Assembly: GCF_000315625.1 (NCBI RefSeq) | Contig: NW_005434537.1 | Location: forward strand, 1 to 64,000 | DNA length: 64,000 nucleotides | From: Guillardia theta CCMP2712 | Lineage: Eukaryota; Protista; Cryptophyta | Direction of reading: 5' to 3' | Shown: piece by piece, positions 19,080 to 28,719 of the stretch | Layout: every line of letters begins with the position of its first letter | Position numbering within the stretch: position 1 is the stretch's first letter | The notes under the pieces: generated by a model | What the model saw: only the letters and a program-made list of their open reading frames with translations | What the model was told of the DNA's origin: nothing | The model's database searches: none | Position numbers and translations under genes: made by a program

Positions 19080-19121
19080 GCAGGGTACACACGTCTTTTA
19101 CTCGTAATAAAAAGAACGACA

Positions 19122-19571
19122 TTACTCAAACCCATACATGTTGTCCAACAAGACACTTGGAACGGGAGGGATTTCGACAATATCCGAGACCCACTCTACA
19201 CTATACAAAGTGTTTTCGGAAGATTCCGGTGCCTGGTCATTCATCGGAGTAGCTTCAGCGTGATTCTTTGAACGTTTTCCTGCATATACCCGAACGATAC
19301 ATTTCCGCTTCCTGAGATCCAACATCGTTTTTTTGAACTCTTGACGGTTGTTCTGGAGTTGATCAAAGCAGTGCGTCAACATTTCATTCTTCACAAGGCG
19401 GCTTTTCCGAAGTAGAACATACTCATTATAGTTCACGTGAATAATCCCAGGTCCAGGGGACGGGGCGTGTCCCTTGCCATGACATTTAAACTCCACACCT
19501 AGGATATTCATAAATCGACGTCTGCCTGAGTTGTAGACCTTTTTGTTGATGTAATCAATACAATATGACAT
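19122..19571 (-). CDS. AT-rich hypothetical protein
   Basis: Start MSYCIDY 32 nt after TATTTAA (19603-19609). Confidence 0.6.
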   Translation of the reverse strand: MSYCIDYINKKVYNSGRRRFMNILGVEFKCHGKGHAPSPGPGIIHVNYNEYVLLRKSRLVKNEMLTHCFDQLQNNRQEFKKTMLDLRKRKCIVRVYAGKRSKNHAEATPMNDQAPESSENTLYSVEWVSDIVEIPPVPSVLLDNMYGFE

Positions 19572-19682
19572 GACTGCATACATGTGCCGAGACATAAATA
19601 TCTTAAATATATTCATACTACCTGAAAAAGTTGTAACGATGAAAGATTTTTGTTCTAAACATAAACACACAAACACAACACT

Positions 19683-20417
19683 TTATTCGAACTTACAAAC
19701 TCTACCAAAGAATCGATCTATTGTGGCATTGCCCTTTGGCGGCTCGGCAACAACCTTCTTCACCGTCTTCCTGGGTGCTGCCACAAGCCTCCTGGCGTGC
19801 GCCTCCCTTTCCTTGTCCAGTACTTTCCGCATGCTCTCCCCGTTGTCCCTTAGCCGCTTCTTCCTCTCTGCCTCTTCCATCTCCCTGACGAAGGAGAACG
19901 CGGGCGAGACGGGCCGCGGCAGGGGTGCGCAGACGGGGGTCTTGCCCGCCCTCACGATGCCGGCAGTAAACCTGGGGGCAACATGCGATTCTTCTTGCAT
20001 CTCTCCCTTTTTCCTCCGCGAGGGAGGCGGCCGCTTCTCCCTGCAGGGCGACATTGCCCGGAGTCGCTCCTGGACCTCCTCCGCAGTAAGCTCCGGTGCC
20101 TCCGATCGACTTGCACCCAACCCAAAGTCGAGCGGATACTGCCTCCCCAGTGCTTCCCTCCGTTCCCGGCTTTTACCCAGCATGCGGTGCAGCTCGCGCA
20201 TGGCTCTGCTGCTTTCGTCGTCTTCGTCCTCCGCGGAAGCCTCCCCTGCATCCTCCTCTTCAGAGCTGCTGTCATGTTTCAATTCTCTGTATACCCCCAG
20301 GTCCACACTCCCACACTCGCCATCATCATCAATGAACCGCCTGTCCTCCGAATCCTCGCTCTCACACCCCTCGCTCTCGTCGTCCTCTTCCGGCTCGCTC
20401 TCCAGGTAGTGGGACAT
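19683..20417 (-). CDS. Acidic/basic low-complexity protein with C-terminal PIP-box-like motif
   Basis: YLESEPEEDD…DRRFIDDD N-terminus; ends with NATIDRFF. Confidence 0.7.
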   Translation of the reverse strand: MSHYLESEPEEDDESEGCESEDSEDRRFIDDDGECGSVDLGVYRELKHDSSSEEEDAGEASAEDEDDESSRAMRELHRMLGKSRERREALGRQYPLDFGLGASRSEAPELTAEEVQERLRAMSPCREKRPPPSRRKKGEMQEESHVAPRFTAGIVRAGKTPVCAPLPRPVSPAFSFVREMEEAERKKRLRDNGESMRKVLDKEREAHARRLVAAPRKTVKKVVAEPPKGNATIDRFFGRVCKFE

Positions 20418-20623
20418 GGCTCTCGTCGGGCGGACGGGCCGGTCTGGCAAAAAAGGCGGGTCGGTAAAAAAAAGCGGGAAATTAAAAAAAAACTACCCAT
20501 GAACTCTGGCCCCGGAAATAGTTTTTTTTTGGGGAGGGGCCGTATTTCTTAGTTCGTGGAATTCTGCCCCTCACTTTGTCCACATTCTACGCTCCCCTCC
20601 CACGCTCCCGCTTCCCTCCCGCG

Positions 20624-21355
20624 ATGGACATCAACGATCTCCTAAACAAGCCGGTGACGATGAAGCTCACCAAGGATCACATCTTCACGATCAAGTCGTC
20701 TACCTTCCCCGACCTTCTCCCCGACATCTTCTTCCGGAAGGCGATCGAGGACGGCTCCTTTGCGTTGCTCCGCGAGAAGCAGCTCTTCATCAGCGACGAG
20801 GGCTGCAGCATCCCCGTGGTCACCGTCAACGGCATAGAGTTTCATATCATAGAGTTTCACATCTTCGTCAAGGAGGACAAAGGCACCGAGCCCGAACCAC
20901 GAGAGTTCGAGGACAAGATTGCAAGCCTCGTCATATCCGCCATGCAGCAGCGCTGGGCGATGAAGGGCACGAGACGGCAGTCGGCGCTGGATACCCAAAG
21001 GGCGCTCAGGATCATGAGCAACATCTTCAACTCCCTATGCATCGACACCCCGCTGCAGTGCAAGATCGACAACCTCGCGAGGAGGAGGAGGATGATAACC
21101 TCCCATACCGATAAGACGCTACTCACGCAGGATGGGAAGTACTACATGCGTTTCGTCGGGTCCAATGAGCGCGTCCTAGGCATCAAACTCAGGAGCCTGC
21201 GGGATGCCAAGAGGCGGTCGGAGGAGAAGCGCATCGCCAGGAGGCAGGGCGTGGAGATGCCGAAGAGGACGAAGCCCCTGCCACCCGTTAAACAGGAGTC
21301 ACCAAAGCTGATGCAAGCGCCGGATACTTGGTTTCCAGTTGTGTGGAATTTATAA
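20624..21355 (+). CDS. Hypothetical protein
   Basis: 243-aa ORF from MDINDLL, basic C-terminus. Confidence 0.7.
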   Translation: MDINDLLNKPVTMKLTKDHIFTIKSSTFPDLLPDIFFRKAIEDGSFALLREKQLFISDEGCSIPVVTVNGIEFHIIEFHIFVKEDKGTEPEPREFEDKIASLVISAMQQRWAMKGTRRQSALDTQRALRIMSNIFNSLCIDTPLQCKIDNLARRRRMITSHTDKTLLTQDGKYYMRFVGSNERVLGIKLRSLRDAKRRSEEKRIARRQGVEMPKRTKPLPPVKQESPKLMQAPDTWFPVVWNL

Positions 21356-21407
21356 AAACATGGTCTAATATTTAAGACCGAACACAAACAATCTCATCAA
21401 CTACAAC

Positions 21408-22040
21408 ATGTTCTCCAAAGTCATATATGATATGCAGAATACCACACAAGAACCTTCGAGCAAACGTTTGAAGGTCGCATCCTCACCGCCAGAGGTCAAG
21501 CTCGCCTGCAAAGGTGACGGTAGAGGCATGCACATCATGACATTCTGCAACGAAACGTTCTACGCCTTCGCAGCCGCAAAGCTCGCCGAGATGGGCGAAA
21601 AACTTGCCCAGGCCAAGGCTGCAATGGACGCTGATCCAGAAAGTAATCATAAGTACGTCTACAAACACATGGACTCCGCTGTCGACAAGCTCAAAGAAGC
21701 AGTCGAGAAGGCAAAGCTTGCAGACACAATCATCACACCTTCCGCGAGCGAGGGAATCCAGAGCCATCTATGGGAGCGGGTGAACCCATACAAATGGAGG
21801 TGTTATTACTCGCATGCCCCCATCTTCACATGCAACCACTTCAGCTTCGTGGTTGACGTCTACCACGACAGACAGCTTACGATGCAGCATGCGGATGCAG
21901 TCCATTACATTCGACCCTACACACAACGCGATAATCAGCACGACCATATCAGCTCTGATGAACTGCTCAAGCTGATAATCGAGAAGAGCATTTCACACGA
22001 GGTCGTAGATGTGGATGTGTGGTACAATAAGCAGACCTAG
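21408..22040 (+). CDS. Hypothetical protein with NLS-like PSSKRLK
   Basis: 210-aa ORF; TATTTAA at 21369-21375. Confidence 0.75.
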   Translation: MFSKVIYDMQNTTQEPSSKRLKVASSPPEVKLACKGDGRGMHIMTFCNETFYAFAAAKLAEMGEKLAQAKAAMDADPESNHKYVYKHMDSAVDKLKEAVEKAKLADTIITPSASEGIQSHLWERVNPYKWRCYYSHAPIFTCNHFSFVVDVYHDRQLTMQHADAVHYIRPYTQRDNQHDHISSDELLKLIIEKSISHEVVDVDVWYNKQT

Positions 22041-22230
22041 ATGTGTGGTACAATTAGTATACCTAAATGTGTGGTACGATAAGTAATAAAACTCTGTGCT
22101 CACTATATCACCAAGCTCACATTGGATACACTCAAGATTAGACGATTGCATCACTTGACGATGCTTATTTCGGCACGCGGCTGCATATAAACACGTGCGT
22201 CCACCCTTCAAAAAAAAAAAACCTTTTTTT

Positions 22231-22566
22231 ATGGAGGGGGAGGGGGGTTCTATTTCAAGGATCCTGGGCCTCGCCACCTTCAATCTAGCCAACGACGGCG
22301 TGGCGTTGATCTTCTGGGTAACGGGATGGAAGCTTTTCACTATAGCGTTCGAGGGTGTGACGACGGGAGGGTACGTTGCGATCTTCCTCTCGGTGGTCCT
22401 GTATCGCCTGGTGGTGTACCTCTACCGGAACCACGTCCTGACGCAGAGTCCGTTCCCTGCACAACAACAGAATATCCATGCAGTCCATCACGCGACGCAC
22501 CAAGTGACTCCCTTCGACGAATTCTCCATGAGGAGGCTGGAATGGAGACCGATCTTGCAGAGGTAA
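22231..22566 (+). CDS. Small membrane protein
   Basis: Two hydrophobic segments; ATATAAA near 22185. Confidence 0.55.
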   Translation: MEGEGGSISRILGLATFNLANDGVALIFWVTGWKLFTIAFEGVTTGGYVAIFLSVVLYRLVVYLYRNHVLTQSPFPAQQQNIHAVHHATHQVTPFDEFSMRRLEWRPILQR

Positions 22567-22595
22567 CAGCACAGGGCCTGGCCCTTCACATCAGC

Positions 22596-22910
22596 ATGGC
22601 GGAGGACTTCCTCACTGAGTTCCTCCGACTGAGGGCGATGCCCATCACCATCGGCTGCGCCGCCAACATCGCCAACACGATCGACGCCTTCATGTACCAC
22701 ATCGAGATGGCCAAGGCTGTGCTCACAGACCTCACCTACGCGCGCGGCACTGCCCCAATGAAGGCCATCGTCGCGCGGTACGAAACTATTTTGTACAACC
22801 TTGAAAAGGAGATGCGGGAGCAGAGGCTGGATTACTTCCAGGAGATCTGCGATAGGAGGGAGGAAAAAGAGAGAGAAGGAGAGATAAGGAGAGACGGAGA
22901 GACAAACTGA
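22596..22910 (+). CDS. Small helical hypothetical protein
   Basis: GC3-biased ORF from MAEDFLTEF. Confidence 0.55.
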   Translation: MAEDFLTEFLRLRAMPITIGCAANIANTIDAFMYHIEMAKAVLTDLTYARGTAPMKAIVARYETILYNLEKEMREQRLDYFQEICDRREEKEREGEIRRDGETN

Positions 22911-22965
22911 ACCGTGATTTATTGTGAATACAGTCAGGTCACACTACCCTATTACTCCAGCCACC

Positions 22966-23346
22966 CTAGTACATCAGTCCGGTGCTGTTCAGGGCCGCGT
23001 CCAGCTCCACGATCTCCTCTGCCAGGATCGTGGCCTCCTCCCGGATCTTTCCGAGATCATGAACGAATTCACGGAGGAGATTTTCGATGACGTAGAGCTC
23101 GTGGAAGTCGGCCTTGTGAATCAGGGGGAGACGATCCATGCAGTGCCTCTCGGTCGTCTCTCTGAGCATGTTGTTCAGCTGAACGATCCTCAAGTTGTTC
23201 GCATTGATGTGCTTGCGCATCTCAATGCGGTAGCAGACATGCTTGACCATGGAGGACAGGGGCTCGTTATAGAGCTTACTGAACTGAAAGATAGTCAGCT
23301 TTTGGTGGGGCTGGTGTGCCTCGACGTTGTTAGTGATGGTAAACAT
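22966..23346 (-). CDS. Small coiled-coil protein
   Basis: Start MFTITNN 37 nt after TATTTAA (23383-23389). Confidence 0.65.
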   Translation of the reverse strand: MFTITNNVEAHQPHQKLTIFQFSKLYNEPLSSMVKHVCYRIEMRKHINANNLRIVQLNNMLRETTERHCMDRLPLIHKADFHELYVIENLLREFVHDLGKIREEATILAEEIVELDAALNSTGLMY

Positions 23347-23390
23347 ATCCGTTTCAAGATGGCACTGCAATCTGCAATCCATTTAAATAC

Positions 23391-23888
23391 TCACAAACCG
23401 AACGCCACGCCCCAGTCCTTGAGGATCTCCGCGCTGGAGGGCACGGGGAAGGCATTGGACTGATTTGAATGCGGGGCATCCCTGCCGTAGATCTTGCATC
23501 CCTGCCTGGCGCCCTTCCTGACGATGCTCACCTCGAGGACCTTCTTCTTCCCCGCGCGGAGGCGCTCGCCCTCCCCCCTGCCCGACTGGTTGATATCCAC
23601 GACGTACCCAAGCGACAGCTCGCTGGCGGTCCTGTCCCGCACCCACTCCTGCGCGATGGCGCCCTCCACCTCGTCCGGGCTGAGCTCCATGACGCAGTTC
23701 AGGCGCCCCTCCCGGTCCTTGAAGGCGGAGACGACGCTCCCGATGCCCACCCCCTTGTGCTCGATCTTGACCGGCAGGCCGACCATCTCCCGCCCTGCGA
23801 TGATCTCGTCGATCTCGCTATCCTTGAGGTGCAGCCCGTTGTAGCCCTCACCCTCCCCCGTCGGGTTGGCGATGCCGCAGATGAGCAT
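23391..23888 (-). CDS. Capsid maturation protease, herpes assemblin/HK97 prohead protease (SH clan) like
   Basis: LPVKIEH…IGSV (catalytic His), ELSLGY (catalytic Ser), LEVSIVRKGARQGC (oxyanion Arg motif). Confidence 0.85.
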   Translation of the reverse strand: MLICGIANPTGEGEGYNGLHLKDSEIDEIIAGREMVGLPVKIEHKGVGIGSVVSAFKDREGRLNCVMELSPDEVEGAIAQEWVRDRTASELSLGYVVDINQSGRGEGERLRAGKKKVLEVSIVRKGARQGCKIYGRDAPHSNQSNAFPVPSSAEILKDWGVAFGL

Positions 23889-24130
23889 TTTGGAACGGGT
23901 AAGAACAACGATCGCTTTTATGCATCCCGGGAGTCATACGGAGCAACAAATGCACAACAAAAAAACCGAGTGCATCCGTGGAGCGAGAGGGGGCATGGAG
24001 TAGCGTATTTAAGGCCCCGGGAGGTTGACGTCCCGAGATGAAGGTGAAGGTTGCGGTAACAAGAACGGGAAGTATTGTTCGTGTTTGTACTTAGCACACA
24101 TTATAATTAGGGATTACGGCTTAATAGCAC

Positions 24131-25012
24131 TTAAAACAGGCAGTGTGGGTTGACGTTCTCCTTGTCTTTAGCAATCGCCTTACTAATCTTGAATCGTTTG
24201 GACCCTTTCTTCTGAATCGATATCGCAGGGGAGCTGGCAAAGCCGGAAGCGTCCACCTGCATGAAGCTCAGGTAGCTGCCCATCTCTGTCGGTGTCACCC
24301 CCGCGTTGCGCAGGTCTACCTCGAGCGACGGATCCTTCCTATCCAAGGGGCAGGTATAGGGGGAGGAATAGACGTTGACCTTGCGCACAGAAGGATCCAT
24401 CACACAGTCCAGGACCCTTAGACTCTGCACCCCCAGGTCCCCAACGTAGGTCTTCAAGGCCGGATAGGCGGAGTACACGGCCTGTCCCTTGGCCCTCACG
24501 AAACCGATGAAAAAGTCCCGAAACCACCCGCAGTCGCTGGAGGTCATCATCACGCTGAGCGCCACACTCACGGACGAGCCTCGCATGCAGCACCTAGCAA
24601 ACACGTACACCTGGTGCCTGAGCCTACCATGCAGGAACTCCACCATGTCGTTGAGCAGCGGGAGGAGCGCGACGTCCGGGGATTCGTTACCCCAGTCCCC
24701 GTGGGCATAGAGCCAAAGGCAGCGGATGTCCTCGCAGTAGACACGGATGGGCGGGGGGCACGGGAACCAGGCGTCCGGTGGGAGCGCGTCGCATAGCCGT
24801 GCGTAGACCCCACGCACCCAAGGCTGACTCTCCAACTTTGCCATCCCAAGGCCCCCGTCGACCATGTCGTCACCCAGGACCTCCAAAAGCCGCACGGGAA
24901 ACTTGGGATGAAGGCCGTGGCACCCGCTCTTCACGCTCTCGACCTCACCCGGAGGCACAAAGTAGGGCACCAGCGAGATCCTCTTCTGTGGCACGAGCGC
25001 GAGGAGCACCAT
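24131..25012 (-). CDS. Hypothetical protein
   Basis: C-terminal part of the 409-aa ORF, start placed at MVLLALVPQ because the Ser-rich 5' part overlaps a better-coded ORF. Confidence 0.65.
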   Translation of the reverse strand: MVLLALVPQKRISLVPYFVPPGEVESVKSGCHGLHPKFPVRLLEVLGDDMVDGGLGMAKLESQPWVRGVYARLCDALPPDAWFPCPPPIRVYCEDIRCLWLYAHGDWGNESPDVALLPLLNDMVEFLHGRLRHQVYVFARCCMRGSSVSVALSVMMTSSDCGWFRDFFIGFVRAKGQAVYSAYPALKTYVGDLGVQSLRVLDCVMDPSVRKVNVYSSPYTCPLDRKDPSLEVDLRNAGVTPTEMGSYLSFMQVDASGFASSPAISIQKKGSKRFKISKAIAKDKENVNPHCLF

Positions 25013-25034
25013 CGTCGCATCCACCCGCTCCGAC

Positions 25035-25406
25035 TCAAGGAAGAGGCGCACACACTCCTCCGGGGAGGTGAGTCGAAGCTTGAAAGGAGCCCCTCCGGTA
25101 GTTCCCGTGGAGCAAGAAGGCACGGTCAAGATCCCGGTAGCACTCCCTTCCAGCGAGGTGGGAGGCGGGCCTCCGCTGTCCAGCACCGTAGGCGTGGAGG
25201 ATGATGAGGATTTGGAGGGCCTGGAGGGCGACGAGCAAGGCGAGCAAGATGCAGGCGAGGCCTTGGAGGAAGGAAACGGCGGGTCGTTGGACGACGTGGA
25301 AGGTTCGGTAGATGTTGAAGATGAAAACATTCTTCGAAGATCTCTGGTTTCTGGGATCAAAACTTTTCTGCTGTTCCCTTTGCGTGTACAAGACGGTGGG
25401 TCCCAT
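25035..25406 (-). CDS. Small single-pass membrane protein
   Basis: LACILLALLVALQALQILIILH encoded almost entirely by C-ending codons; TATAAAA upstream at ~25462-25468. Confidence 0.6.
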   Translation of the reverse strand: MGPTVLYTQREQQKSFDPRNQRSSKNVFIFNIYRTFHVVQRPAVSFLQGLACILLALLVALQALQILIILHAYGAGQRRPASHLAGRECYRDLDRAFLLHGNYRRGSFQASTHLPGGVCAPLP

Positions 25407-25601
25407 GCAATGGCGGCGGGAGGCGCGTGGGAGGGTGCGGAAATCCGCGGCCCGTCCCGCCTTTTATAAGCGGGGGATTTTTTAGTTGTTTTTTTTAGTT
25501 TTTTTTAGTTTTCCTTTTTTATTTTTTTTCTATGAACGCTGCGCTGAAACTGGTTTTATATTTAAGAGTAATATCGATGCAACCTACACCTGAAAACAAT
25601 C

Positions 25602-25913
25602 ATGTTTCAAAACATCATCCTTTCTGCTGAACAACGTACCGAGGCTGTCATTGCACTGGACAAACTCATGGCCAGATGGAGCAATTTGTACGTCACACCG
25701 AGTTCAATTGTGTACGACTCGCAATACAACGAGCTTCCATGCTTTGTCCGGCAAATCATTGAGGAGCGTTTTCCCCTCCCTACCGATGAGAGAGAAGTGC
25801 CAGAAGCTCACCGCCTTTACGTGCTCGAGAACCTTCGTCGCACACTCCGTGGCATCGATTACCTGTATGGAACCCATCAAAGCATCCTCGAGGGTGCTTT
25901 CCAAATGAGCTAG
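25602..25913 (+). CDS. Hypothetical protein
   Basis: 103 aa; TATTTAA at 25559-25565. Confidence 0.65.
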   Translation: MFQNIILSAEQRTEAVIALDKLMARWSNLYVTPSSIVYDSQYNELPCFVRQIIEERFPLPTDEREVPEAHRLYVLENLRRTLRGIDYLYGTHQSILEGAFQMS

Positions 25914-25973
25914 ACGTTAGCACTTGCACGCGTAGTCAGAATGATTAAAGTTCATTCGTAATTCTTTATTTTT

Positions 25974-26273
25974 TTATACGCTTTTATTTTTTTTTTCTAT
26001 GAACAATGCGCTCGCATCATCCCCCAGGCTCCTCTTCCTGTCCAATCTTTCCCTCACATTAATAAGATCCATGATCTGCCTCTGCAACCCCGCCGCCTCG
26101 TCGATGCACATCCAGTAGAAGTCCCGCAGGATCTCCGACTTCATGTCGAGCTGCTGCTCCATGCCCAGGAAGGTGCAGATATTGTGGGCGCGGTGCAGGA
26201 TATTCTGCATCTTCAACTCCAGGGACGCGATCCTGCCGTACAGATCGGAAGTGTCTCCCATTGTACCCTCCAT
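25974..26273 (-). CDS. Small coiled-coil protein
   Basis: 99-aa GC3-biased ORF. Confidence 0.6.
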   Translation of the reverse strand: MEGTMGDTSDLYGRIASLELKMQNILHRAHNICTFLGMEQQLDMKSEILRDFYWMCIDEAAGLQRQIMDLINVRERLDRKRSLGDDASALFIEKKNKSV

Positions 26274-26396
26274 GTTGATTGTATACCAACCAAGGCCCCA
26301 TCGACGCGGCTGTACGAAGGCAAACCCTCTCTCTTTTTAACCAAAAAAAAAGGTAGTTATACCCAGTCCATCCCATGGCAGGCAGCAAAGGAGAGC

Positions 26397-26891
26397 ATGC
26401 TGGAGGCGATGGAGACGGGCTGGCCGCAGCTTCACCCCATGCACATGACGCTCTCGGAGAGGATTATGCAGGAGCAGGAGAGCAAGTCCGGGGTGGGGGT
26501 TGTAGGCAGATCAAACCTGCACACCGTCTTCGTTATTCATTCCAGAGGAGAGGGGCTGACGCTCAAAACGATGGGAGAGGCACTTGAAATCCTCCAAGAT
26601 ACAGCCCCTGGGGTTCAGCTCCCCCACCGCCACCACGGGCTGTTCGAATGGGAGGGGCAGGACAAAAGCAACATCGTCCTCCAGAGCGACCAGCTCGACC
26701 TCCCCTACATCTTCGACAACAAGCCGCTCGACAGCTACGAGCAGCAGCAGATCGCCGTCCTCCCCGCCGCCGACCTCGTCGTCACCGCCAAGGAGAACCA
26801 CCTCCCGGACTCCGAGCACCGCATAGTACGCTCCATCGTCGAGGCGCTCAGGGCGTGCGGGGTGCAGGTGTCAACATCGGAACGTTTTTAG
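26397..26891 (+). CDS. Hypothetical protein
   Basis: GC3-biased ORF from MLEAMET. Confidence 0.65.
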   Translation: MLEAMETGWPQLHPMHMTLSERIMQEQESKSGVGVVGRSNLHTVFVIHSRGEGLTLKTMGEALEILQDTAPGVQLPHRHHGLFEWEGQDKSNIVLQSDQLDLPYIFDNKPLDSYEQQQIAVLPAADLVVTAKENHLPDSEHRIVRSIVEALRACGVQVSTSERF

Positions 26892-26951
26892 TTTTGCTCT
26901 TGTAATGTATTTAAATAAAACCGACTTCTGGGAAAGCATCTGATCTGATAT

Positions 26952-27485
26952 ATGTTTCGACCATTATCTCGATCGCGCAAGCATCAAGTCGTTATGTGTT
27001 ACGCCCCATACCGCTTCTATCTCCAGAAGCAGGTCGAAGAGGCACAGATTGTTGTAGACAAAACCATGCAAGAACTCAAAGAAATCAGAAGCGAACTTGC
27101 AAGTCGCCGACTTGAAGTCTCCGGAACAGTGCGAATGTATCGCAACAGGCAGATCAGCAGGCTGATTACCAAAGAGAAATCACTGCGTCGTTGTTTATAC
27201 CTTAAGCAGATCGACCAATCCGAGAAGCAGGCAAAATTGCGTTTTTATGACCAATCCCAGGCCATCAAGCCAAAACTTGACACGATCAAAAAGGAAGTGA
27301 TGGATCTGGAGTCTGCCATCAAATTTCACAAGAAGGCGCTGAAGAAGGCCAAGAAGGCAGAGGACAAGGATGCACACAATTTGAAGATCGCCGACCTCGA
27401 ACAGGAGTACAAAAAGATGTGCAGGGAGGAGCGCAAATTGAGTGCAGAGCACTTCAAACTGGAAAGGGCACTGGGATTGCGTTAA
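26952..27485 (+). CDS. Basic coiled-coil protein
   Basis: 177 aa, Lys/Glu heptads; TATTTAA at 26908-26914. Confidence 0.7.
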   Translation: MFRPLSRSRKHQVVMCYAPYRFYLQKQVEEAQIVVDKTMQELKEIRSELASRRLEVSGTVRMYRNRQISRLITKEKSLRRCLYLKQIDQSEKQAKLRFYDQSQAIKPKLDTIKKEVMDLESAIKFHKKALKKAKKAEDKDAHNLKIADLEQEYKKMCREERKLSAEHFKLERALGLR

Positions 27486-27576
27486 TTCCAATTCCAGTAG
27501 CGTTCCGTAGCGTCCATGCATGCGCACGTAGTAAGCTTCATTAAACGTAAGAAGAATAACTCCCCTACAACTCCAT

Positions 27577-28635
27577 TCACACCGGCAAGCAGGTGAGCGA
27601 AGACACCACCACCACATCCATCCCCGACCCGTTGAACACGGCGGCCTTGAGCTGGTCCTCGTTGCAGATCCCAAAGGTGGAGGAGACGTTGCCGAGCTCG
27701 CGGTTGAGGAGGGTCAGGATGCCCTCGGCGGGTCCCTGCCCGAACCCCTGCCCGGACAGCCTGCACTGCGTCTTCAGCCCAACCAACCCCGCAATGCCCT
27801 GCTGGACGGGGCAGCCGGGCGCTCCCTCCACGATGTCGCCGGGCACGCCGTAGCAGGCGATGGGCTGCGGGAGGCCGAGCACCAGGTGGCACTGCACCGG
27901 CGTCTCCTCCCTGACCGCCTGCTGCAGCCTGGGGTTGGCGGCGTGGGAGAGCACCGCGGAGGGGGCGTCCGGCGCGAGCATGGTGGTGGTGAGCGTGACG
28001 GAGCTGATGGGCATCTCCGGGTGCTTCCGCATGCTGACGTTCACCGTCTCCGCCAGCACGGTGCCGTCGAGCGAGACCGTCGACCTCCGCACCCTCAGCG
28101 ACCCCTGCTCGCAGCCCTCCGGGATGCTCCACACGCCCTTGTGCACCTGCACGGAGGCGAAGCGGGTGCTGGTCCCCACGGTCGCCGCCTTGTCGCAGCA
28201 GAAGGAGAGCACCACGCTGGCCTCGGGGCTCTGGGCCTGGATGGCCCTAGAGGCGTACCGCCAAGCCTTGCCCAGCTCCCCGTAGGACCCCATCACGTCC
28301 GCGGCGTCCTGCTCGAGCAGAGAGCCCGAGACGAACGAGTTGGTCTTCAACACGGAGGACGCCCTGCCCGCCACCTGCAAGGAGGGCCTCCTCTCCCCGC
28401 ACGCCTTGATCGTCACCCCGTACAGCGCGAACGGGGACTCCGGCTCCAGGACCTGCACCGCGGGAGTGCAGGACGCTGCCACCCCCTCCCGGTTCAGCTT
28501 GCTCGCCGTGTTGGAGGGCAGCCCCCCGCGAGAGAACAGCCCTGCCATGTCCCTGTGCTTGCCCCACGCCGACTCGAAAGCGCCCCACCTCGCCCGGAGA
28601 TCCACCGAGGATGCAACCTGCGCAGAGCCTGACAT
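27577..28635 (-). CDS. Hypothetical protein
   Basis: 352-aa ORF from MSGSAQV; TATA shared with divergent Snf7 gene at ~28666. Confidence 0.75.
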   Translation of the reverse strand: MSGSAQVASSVDLRARWGAFESAWGKHRDMAGLFSRGGLPSNTASKLNREGVAASCTPAVQVLEPESPFALYGVTIKACGERRPSLQVAGRASSVLKTNSFVSGSLLEQDAADVMGSYGELGKAWRYASRAIQAQSPEASVVLSFCCDKAATVGTSTRFASVQVHKGVWSIPEGCEQGSLRVRRSTVSLDGTVLAETVNVSMRKHPEMPISSVTLTTTMLAPDAPSAVLSHAANPRLQQAVREETPVQCHLVLGLPQPIACYGVPGDIVEGAPGCPVQQGIAGLVGLKTQCRLSGQGFGQGPAEGILTLLNRELGNVSSTFGICNEDQLKAAVFNGSGMDVVVVSSLTCLPV

Positions 28636-28719
28636 ATACGTTTGATCAGGCACCTGAGCTGAATTTATATAGGCTCGGGCCGGCCGCTCCCTCGCAATAC
28701 ACAACCCCCTTTTTAAGGG

